From: Acidobacteriota bacterium
Lineage (GTDB): Bacteria > Acidobacteriota > Vicinamibacteria > Vicinamibacterales > CAVVIG01
Assembly: GCA_016195265.1 (NCBI GenBank)
Contig: JACPZW010000074.1
Location: 29,651-93,650 of the forward strand
Length of the DNA: 64,000 nt
Reading direction: 5' to 3'
How positions within the stretch are numbered: position 1 is the first letter of the stretch; every line of letters begins with the position of its first letter. Made by a program: the position numbers and the translations under genes. Below are positions 52,174 to 59,228 of this stretch, piece after piece. A model generated the notes under the pieces. It saw only the letters and a list, made by a program, of their open reading frames with translations, did not search any database and was not told the origin of the DNA.

Positions 52174-53403
52174 GTGCGGCGCGTCGCCGTCACCGGACTC
52201 GGGGCGGTGTCCGCGCTCGGGATCGGCGTCGCCCCGTTCTGGGCGCGCGTCGTCGCCGGCGCCAGCGGCGTCCGGCGCATCACCAATTTCGACGCCACCG
52301 GATTTCTCGCGCAGATCGCCGCCGAAGTGCCCGGCTACGATCCCGCGGAGCACTTCACCGGCACCGAGCAGGAGATCCTCGATCGCTTCGCGCAGTTTGC
52401 GCTCATTGCCGCGGGCGAAGCGTGCGCGCAGGCGGGCCTGACGCTCGCCGACGAGGAACGCGATCGCGCCGGCGTGACGATCGGCAGCGCCATGGGCGGC
52501 GCCGTCACCCAGGACGATCGGTACCGGAAGATCTACGCCGAGGGCGCCCCGCGCGTGCACCCGTTCACCATCCCGCGGATCATGAACAACGCGGCCACGT
52601 CGCACGTCAGCATCCGGCACGGGCTGCGCGGGCCGGCGCTGGCGATCGGGACGGCGTGCGCCGCGTCGGCGCACGCGATTGGAGAGGCCTTCGAGATCAT
52701 CCGCGCCGGCCGCGCCGACGTGATGATCGCCGGCGGCGCCGACGCGCCGATTACGCCCGGCGTCGTGCGCGGGTGGGAGGCGATGCGCGTGCTGGCGCCG
52801 CCGCCCTCCGACGACGCGTCGCGCGCGTGCCGCCCGTTCAGCCGCGATCGCCTCGGGCTGGTGCTCGGCGAAGGCGCGGGGATGCTCGTCCTCGAAGCGT
52901 GGGATCGCGCCGAGGCGCGCGGCGCGACCATCCTGGCGGAGGTGGCCGGCTACGCCGCGACGGCCGACTCGGGACACATCACGCAACCCGGCGTGCACGC
53001 GCCCGTGCGTGCTATCGAGCGCGCGCTCGCGCAGGCGGGCCTCGCGCCGGCCGACGTCGACTACGTGAACGCGCACGGCACGGCGACCCGCCTCAACGAC
53101 GCGACCGAGACGACGGTTCTCAAGCAGGCCTTCGGCGTCGGCGCGGCGCGGCTGGCGATCAGCTCGACCAAGGCCGTCCACGGGCACGCGATGGGCGCGT
53201 CGGCGGCGCTCGAATGCATCGCGACCATCCTCGCGATCCGCGAGGGCGTTGCGCCTCCGACGGCCAACTACACCGAGCCCGATCCGGAATGCGACCTGGA
53301 CTACGTCCCGAACACCGCGCGGCCGTTGCCGATTCGCGCGGCGATTTCGAATTCGTTCGCGTTCGGCGGGTTGAACGCCGTGTTGGCGATCAAGAAGATC
53401 TGA
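52174..53403 (+). CDS. beta-ketoacyl-ACP synthase II (FabF-like)
   Basis: IGTACAASAHAIG (active-site Cys), NAHGTAT and KAVHGHAMGAS (His-His). Confidence 0.9.
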   Translation: MRRVAVTGLGAVSALGIGVAPFWARVVAGASGVRRITNFDATGFLAQIAAEVPGYDPAEHFTGTEQEILDRFAQFALIAAGEACAQAGLTLADEERDRAGVTIGSAMGGAVTQDDRYRKIYAEGAPRVHPFTIPRIMNNAATSHVSIRHGLRGPALAIGTACAASAHAIGEAFEIIRAGRADVMIAGGADAPITPGVVRGWEAMRVLAPPPSDDASRACRPFSRDRLGLVLGEGAGMLVLEAWDRAEARGATILAEVAGYAATADSGHITQPGVHAPVRAIERALAQAGLAPADVDYVNAHGTATRLNDATETTVLKQAFGVGAARLAISSTKAVHGHAMGASAALECIATILAIREGVAPPTANYTEPDPECDLDYVPNTARPLPIRAAISNSFAFGGLNAVLAIKKI

Positions 53404-53453
53404 ATCTGAAATCTGCGTCTGAATCTGAAATCTGAAGTCTGAAATCTGAAATC
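53401..53453. repeat. direct 7-nt-period tract (TCTGAAA family)
   Basis: tgaatctgaaatctgcgtctgaatctgaaatctgaagtctgaaatctgaaatc. It starts at the KAS stop codon. Confidence 0.85.
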
Positions 53454-53483
53454 ACCGCGGCCTGGGAAGGTAGAATATCGGGA

Positions 53484-54566
53484 ATGCGCTTCTGCCTTTC
53501 AGCGCTCGTGCCGTTCGTCCTTGCGGCCGCGGTTTCCGCTCAGATCGATCCGAAGACCGCGCTGCTGGAGCGCAGCGCGTGGGCCGCGCTCAACGCAGGC
53601 CAGGCGCACGCGGCGGTCGAGGCGTTTCGCGAAGCGCTCGCGGCTGATCCGAAAAACGCGCGGCTCCATCTCGGCGCCGGCCTGGCGGCGGCGCTCGAGC
53701 GGCGGGACGCCGACGCCCGCGATGAATTCGAGCGCGCCCTCGCGCTGGATCCGAAGCTGCCGCAGGCGCGCGCGCGGCTCGGACTGATCCAGTACCGCCT
53801 GGGCGATCCGGCGAACGCGATCCGCACCTACGAAATCGTCGTCGCCGAGAATCCCGGGGACAAGGACGCGCAGGCGACGCTCGACCGGTGGAAGCGCGAA
53901 GCCGAGCTCCACGATCGCATGCAGCAGGCGATCGGCTCCCATTTCACCGTGTCGTTCGAGGGACCACGCGAGGAAGACGTCGCCGCGCAGGCGCTCGAGT
54001 CGCTCGACCGCGCGTACTGGCGCATCGGCCAGCTGCTCGGCAGCTATCCGAACGAGCCGATTCCGGTCGTCCTCTACACGACGCAGCAGTTCAGTGACAT
54101 CACGCGATCTCCGGCATGGGCCGCGGGCGCCTACGACGGCACGATCCGCGTGCCGATGCGCGGCGCGCTCGACAAACAGCGGGAGCTGGATCGCGTGCTC
54201 GCGCACGAGTTCACGCACGCGCTGATCCGCACGCTCGCCTCGCGCGGCGTGCCGACGTGGCTCAACGAAGGCATCGCGACCGCGCTCGAGGCCGACGATC
54301 TCGACTGGGCGCAGAAAAACGTCGCGAAGGCCGACAAGCCCGTGCCGCTGCGCGCGCTGCAGAACGGATTCAGCCGATTCAACGGCGCGCAGGCGCAGCT
54401 CGCCTACGCGACGAGCGCGCTCGCCGCGCGTCGTCTGCTCGAAGAGGCTGGCGGTTTCGCGATCGCGAACCTGCTGCGCGACCTCGGCGCCGGCATCGAC
54501 TTCGAGACGGCCTTCCTCCACCGCATCCAGCGCTCGTTCGCGGATTTCCAGTCCGCGCCGTTCTGA
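53484..54566 (+). CDS. secreted TPR-repeat protein with C-terminal peptidase-MA-like HExxH domain
   Basis: Signal peptide, TPR-like helices, and AHEFTHAL...WLNEGIA. Confidence 0.75.
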   Translation: MRFCLSALVPFVLAAAVSAQIDPKTALLERSAWAALNAGQAHAAVEAFREALAADPKNARLHLGAGLAAALERRDADARDEFERALALDPKLPQARARLGLIQYRLGDPANAIRTYEIVVAENPGDKDAQATLDRWKREAELHDRMQQAIGSHFTVSFEGPREEDVAAQALESLDRAYWRIGQLLGSYPNEPIPVVLYTTQQFSDITRSPAWAAGAYDGTIRVPMRGALDKQRELDRVLAHEFTHALIRTLASRGVPTWLNEGIATALEADDLDWAQKNVAKADKPVPLRALQNGFSRFNGAQAQLAYATSALAARRLLEEAGGFAIANLLRDLGAGIDFETAFLHRIQRSFADFQSAPF

Positions 54567-54650
54567 TCCCCACATTCTCCGTACAGTCAATCGCGGAATG
54601 CGGCATGTATCGGACGACCAATCCGGCACTCCGCCATCCTCAATCCGCCG

Positions 54651-56090
54651 TTGGCTGAGCCCGCCGGGTCCGCGGCTCACTTATACTGGGCGTCGATGGC
54701 GACGCCCAGTCCCGCCCAGGCGATCGACGCCGCGGCCGCCGAACTCAAGCAACTGCTCGGCGGCCGCGCGAACGACACCACGGCCGTCCGCGAGCATCAC
54801 AGCCGCGGCGAGTCGTACCACGCGCCCGCCGCGCCCGACATCGTCTGCTTCCCGCACACGACGGATGAAGTCGCCGAGATCCTGAAGATCAGCGCGCGGC
54901 TGAAGATCCCCGTCGTCCCGTTCGGCGCGGGCACGTCGCTCGAAGGCCACGTCAACGCGATTCACGGCGGCATCTCGATCGATCTGCGCGAGATGAATAA
55001 GATCGTTCGCGTCAGCGTCGAGGATCTCGACGTCACCGTCGAAGCCGGCGTCACCCGCAAGCAGTTGCACAAGGCGCTCAACAACACCGGTCTCACCTTC
55101 CCCGTCGATCCGGGCGCTGACGCGACCATCGGCGGCATGACCGCGACGCGCGCCTCGGGCACGACCGCCGTCCGCTACGGCACGATGCGCGAGAACGTGC
55201 TCGGCCTGACTGTCGTCCTCGCCGACGGCACGGTGATCAAGACCGGCACGCGCGCGCGCAAGTCGTCGACCGGCTACGACCTGACGCGGCTGTTCGTCGG
55301 TTCGGAAGGCACGCTCGGAGTGATCACCGAGGTCACGCTACGCCTCCATCCGCTGCCCGAGGCCGTCTCGGCCGCCATCTGCGCGTTCGATTCCATCGAG
55401 GGGGCCGTCAACACCGTCATCGCGACGATTCAGCTCGGCGTGCCGGTCGCGCGGATTGAATTGCTCGACGAGACCGCGCTGGTCGCCGTCAACCGGTACT
55501 CGACGACCGGCTATCCCATTGCGCCGACGCTGTTCTTCGAATTCCACAGCGACAGCGAGCATCACGTCGCCGATCAAGCGGAGACGGTCCAGGGCCTCGC
55601 GAACGAGCGCGGCGGACACAGCTTTCAGTGGGCGACGCGGCTCGAGGATCGCGAGAAGCTGTGGCAGGCGCGACACGAAGCGCTCTACGCCGCCCTCGCG
55701 ATGCGCCCTGGCTCGCGCGGCTGGACGACGGACGTCTGCGTGCCGATTTCGAAGCTGGCGGAGTGCGTCGTCGAGACGCGGAAGGACAACACCGGCGCCC
55801 CGTTTCCGATCTGCCTCGTGGGCCACGCCGGCGACGGCAACTTCCACCTTATATATGTGCTTGATCCCGACAACCCGTCCGAACTCGAAGAAGCCGGCCG
55901 GCTGAACGATCGCATGATCCGGCGCGCGCTCGCGCTCGGCGGCACGTGCAGCGGCGAGCACGGCGTGGGCATCGGCAAGATGAAGTATCTCGAAGCCGAG
56001 CATGGCCCCGCACTCGACGTGATGCGTGCAATCAAGCGCACTCTTGATCCGGACAATCGCATGAACCCCGGTAAGATGTTGGACGTGTAG
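54651..56090 (+). CDS. FAD-linked oxidase (GlcD / D-lactate dehydrogenase family)
   Basis: FAD_binding_4-type N-terminal half (PVVPFGAGTSLEGH) and a C-terminal GGTCSGEHGVGIGK. The alternative start at 54696 is equally plausible. Confidence 0.85.
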   Translation: MAEPAGSAAHLYWASMATPSPAQAIDAAAAELKQLLGGRANDTTAVREHHSRGESYHAPAAPDIVCFPHTTDEVAEILKISARLKIPVVPFGAGTSLEGHVNAIHGGISIDLREMNKIVRVSVEDLDVTVEAGVTRKQLHKALNNTGLTFPVDPGADATIGGMTATRASGTTAVRYGTMRENVLGLTVVLADGTVIKTGTRARKSSTGYDLTRLFVGSEGTLGVITEVTLRLHPLPEAVSAAICAFDSIEGAVNTVIATIQLGVPVARIELLDETALVAVNRYSTTGYPIAPTLFFEFHSDSEHHVADQAETVQGLANERGGHSFQWATRLEDREKLWQARHEALYAALAMRPGSRGWTTDVCVPISKLAECVVETRKDNTGAPFPICLVGHAGDGNFHLIYVLDPDNPSELEEAGRLNDRMIRRALALGGTCSGEHGVGIGKMKYLEAEHGPALDVMRAIKRTLDPDNRMNPGKMLDV

Positions 56091-56092
56091 GC

Positions 56093-56126
56093 GTGGTGGC
56101 TGGTGGCTGGTGGCTGGTGGCTGGTG
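56093..56126. repeat. tandem heptamer (GGCTGGT) x about 5
   Basis: gtggtggctggtggctggtggctggtggctggtg, immediately after the upstream stop. Confidence 0.9.
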
Positions 56127-56144
56127 GCTGGTGAAAAGAAGAAC

Positions 56145-57026
56145 ATGAGAATCCGAATGCGTCGTGTCTTCGCAGCCGCGGTCGTCGCCGCGCTCCTTCT
56201 GCTCGCTCCGCTGCACGCGGCCGGGCGCGCGTTCGCGTGGAAGGCGACGGGCAAGGGCGGCGGCGCCGTCTACCTCGTCGGCTCGATTCACATGCTGTCG
56301 AGCGCGATGTATCCGCTGGCGCCCTCGCTCGAGTCGGCCTACAAGGATTCCGATCTGCTCGTCGAGGAAGTGGACCTCGGGCAGATGATGGACCCGTCGT
56401 CGCAGATGCAACTGCTGATGCGCGGCATGCTGCCCTCGTCCCAGTCGCTCGAGAAAGTGCTCACGCCCGCCACGTACGCGCTGGTCAGCAAGCGCCTCGA
56501 AAGCTCAGGCGCGATGGAGCCGCTCAAGCTGATGAAGCCGTGGATGGTCGCGCTGATGGTCGAGGCGCTCGAATGGCAGAAAGCCGGCCTCGATCCGGAG
56601 CTCGGCCTCGACAAGCATTTCTACGACGAAGCGAAGAACGACAGCAAGGGCGTCCAGGGGCTGGAGACGGCCGACGATCAGCTGTCCATCTTCGACACGA
56701 TGACGATGGATCAGCAGGACCACATGCTCGCGCAGACGATCAAGGACATCGACGCCGAGCAGGCGCAGATGTCGAAGATGATGGACGCGTGGAAAACAGG
56801 CGACGTCGCGTCGGTCGAGCGCGTCGTGCTCTCGGGCCTGAAACAGGATCCGACGCTGTACCAGCGCCTGCTGGTCGGCCGGAACAAGAACTGGATGCCG
56901 AAGATCGAAGCGCTCTTCGCCCGGCGCGGCCACGCGCTGGTCGTCGTCGGCGCCGCGCACCTCGTCGGCCCCGACGGCCTCGTCGCGATGCTCAAGGCCC
57001 GGGGCTACGCGGTCGAGCAGATGTGA
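56145..57026 (+). CDS. TraB/GumN family protein, secreted
   Basis: Signal peptide MRIRMRRVFAAAVVAALLLLAP, plus GSIHML and VVGAAHLVGPDGL motifs. Confidence 0.75.
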   Translation: MRIRMRRVFAAAVVAALLLLAPLHAAGRAFAWKATGKGGGAVYLVGSIHMLSSAMYPLAPSLESAYKDSDLLVEEVDLGQMMDPSSQMQLLMRGMLPSSQSLEKVLTPATYALVSKRLESSGAMEPLKLMKPWMVALMVEALEWQKAGLDPELGLDKHFYDEAKNDSKGVQGLETADDQLSIFDTMTMDQQDHMLAQTIKDIDAEQAQMSKMMDAWKTGDVASVERVVLSGLKQDPTLYQRLLVGRNKNWMPKIEALFARRGHALVVVGAAHLVGPDGLVAMLKARGYAVEQM

Positions 57027-57029
57027 TCA

Positions 57030-57051
57030 GGCGGGTCCAAAAGGACCCGCC
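57030..57051. terminator. 9-bp-stem hairpin between convergent genes; also a copy of a roughly 30-bp repeat motif
   Basis: GGCGGGTCC-aaaa-GGACCCGCC followed by ctacgtatcgg. There is no U-run. Confidence 0.4.
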
Positions 57052-57093
57052 CTACGTATCGGATGTAGGCCGGATCCTTTCGGACCCGGCGCG

Positions 57094-59115
57094 TCATTTT
57101 GGGAAGTGCTGCTCGTACCACTTGATGCTGCGATCGATGCTGTCGACGATGTGCTTCGATTCGCGGATGCCGTGGCCCTCCCTCGGATAGCGCACCATCA
57201 CCGCCTCCGTCCCGACGTCCTTTAGCGCGATGTAGAACTGCTCCGCCTCGGCGATCGGCACGTCGTTGTCGTTCTCGCCGTGCATCAGCAGCGTCGGCGT
57301 GTGCGCGTGGGCGACATGCCGCAGCGCCGACCGCTGCAGGAGCGTATCCATCAGCGTGCCCTGATGCGGATACACGCCCCACTCCATCGCTTCGTACTGG
57401 TTGTAGTACGTCATGTAGTTGTAGCTGATGATGTTCGTGATCGCCGCGGTCGGAATCGCGGCCTTGAAGATGTTGGTCTGCGTGATCAGCCAGGTCGACA
57501 GCTGACCGCCGTAGCTCGTTCCCTCGACGCTAAGGCGATCGCGATCGATCCACGGATAGCGGCGCAGTGCCGCGTTGACGCCGTACAGCACGTCCTGCCC
57601 TTCGTTCCCGTTCTGATCGGCGAACACCGCATCCGCGAACGCCTGGCTGTATCCGGTCGAGCCGCGATAGTTGACCATCAGCGTCGCCCACCCACGTGCG
57701 GCGTAGACCTGATTCTTGAAATTGAATGACGGCCCCTGCTGGCCATGCGGGCCGCCGTGGATGTTCACGATGAGCGGATAGGTCCGACCAGGGTCGGACC
57801 CTGCCCCACCGGCCGACAGGCCGAGCGGTTTCGTCAGAAACGCTTCCACCTCGAACTTGTTGTCGTTCGAGACGAACGTGAACGACTCGACGTCGGCGAC
57901 CCGCTTGCCGGCGAGGACTGACGCGTTCAGGTCGGTCATCTTGCGGCCGGCGACGTACAGCTCGGCCTGATCTGAGGGCGTCGAAAGCGTGTACGCGAGC
58001 ACGGTCTTCGCCATCGAGTGCGCGCCGACCGACCCGCGCTCGCCCACCAGCATCTCCGGCTTGCCGCCCGCAATCGCCATGCGATACAGGTGCACGGTGC
58101 CGCGCTCCTGGGCGGTCACCAGCACCGCGCGGCCGTCCGGCGTCCACTCGGGCGGACCCTGACGATTGTCGAGCGCCGTGCCGATCTCGCGACGATTCGT
58201 GCCGTCCGCGTTCACCACCCAGACGTGCGTGTCCTCCATCGTCGTCTCGCGATCGGTCAGGCCGCGCTTGGTGGCTTCGAACGCGATCGACCGGCCGTCC
58301 GGCGACCAGCGCGGACGGTATTCGGCGTTCTCGGTCGCGGTGATCCGGCGGATCGACTTGTCGCTCAGCTTCAGCGCGAAGATGTCGTAGTTGAAGAACT
58401 CGTCATCGTCGGCCGCGAGATTCGTGAGAAACACGATTTCATCGCCGTTCGGCGACCAGTCGATCGAATGTTCGTAGTGGGTGCCGCTCGTAAGCGGCTC
58501 GACGCGGCCCGACGCGACGTCCACGACGAAGAGGTGCAGGCGGCGGTTGTCGTTGAAATGCGTCAGGCCTTCGGCCGCGTCCGGCTTGTAGAGATAGCGC
58601 GTGATCACCATCGGATCGCCGGTGGCGTCGGCGGTTTCCGGCCCGGGCACGGACGAGACAAAGGCGATCCGCCTGCTGTCGGGCGACCATGCCATCGTCT
58701 TTCCTGAACCAGGCAACGGCGCGTTGGTGCCGGACATCTCCGCCAGAAATCGCTTCCCCGTTCCATCGGGCTTCGCGATGACGAGGCCCGACTGCTCGCC
58801 CACGCGGCCTCGGTACGCGATCCACTGCGAGTCGGGCGACCACTCGGGGTTGCCCGAGGACTCCTTGTCGCCGCCGAAGCGGACGCTCTTTCCGTCGGCG
58901 ATGGTCATCACCCACAGCTGCGAGTACGGCCGGCGGTCGCCGTCATTGTTGTCCACCGTGTAGGCGACGCGCGCCCCGTCGGGCGACACCTGCACGCCCG
59001 TCACGGAGCGCAGCTTGAGCAGATCGCTGCTCTGGAGACCGGGCTGAGCGAACGTCGCGCCAGCCATCGCCAGCACGAACATGGATGAGAAGACGAAGCG
59101 AGCGCGCATAGGCAT
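57094..59115 (-). CDS. S9 family serine peptidase with N-terminal TolB-like beta-propeller
   Basis: Signal peptide at MPMRARFVFSSMFVLAMAG, catalytic GTSYGG, and a C-terminal HGENDNDVP...GH triad context. Confidence 0.9.
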   Translation of the reverse strand: MPMRARFVFSSMFVLAMAGATFAQPGLQSSDLLKLRSVTGVQVSPDGARVAYTVDNNDGDRRPYSQLWVMTIADGKSVRFGGDKESSGNPEWSPDSQWIAYRGRVGEQSGLVIAKPDGTGKRFLAEMSGTNAPLPGSGKTMAWSPDSRRIAFVSSVPGPETADATGDPMVITRYLYKPDAAEGLTHFNDNRRLHLFVVDVASGRVEPLTSGTHYEHSIDWSPNGDEIVFLTNLAADDDEFFNYDIFALKLSDKSIRRITATENAEYRPRWSPDGRSIAFEATKRGLTDRETTMEDTHVWVVNADGTNRREIGTALDNRQGPPEWTPDGRAVLVTAQERGTVHLYRMAIAGGKPEMLVGERGSVGAHSMAKTVLAYTLSTPSDQAELYVAGRKMTDLNASVLAGKRVADVESFTFVSNDNKFEVEAFLTKPLGLSAGGAGSDPGRTYPLIVNIHGGPHGQQGPSFNFKNQVYAARGWATLMVNYRGSTGYSQAFADAVFADQNGNEGQDVLYGVNAALRRYPWIDRDRLSVEGTSYGGQLSTWLITQTNIFKAAIPTAAITNIISYNYMTYYNQYEAMEWGVYPHQGTLMDTLLQRSALRHVAHAHTPTLLMHGENDNDVPIAEAEQFYIALKDVGTEAVMVRYPREGHGIRESKHIVDSIDRSIKWYEQHFPK

Positions 59116-59138
59116 GGTCCGTGACTCCATACGTAGGC

Positions 59139-59158
59139 CCAGGTCCTTTTGGACCCGG
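59139..59158. repeat. inverted second copy of the GGGTCCAAAAGGACC...CCTACGTAT motif
   Basis: The rc reads ccgGGTCCAAAAGGACCtgggCCTACGTATgg, matching 57032..57062. Confidence 0.7.
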
Positions 59159-59228
59159 CTCAGGCGGATCTGAAAAAGACTCACCCTACATCTTCGTGAC
59201 GTATTCTATCTCCCGGCGGAGGACGGAC

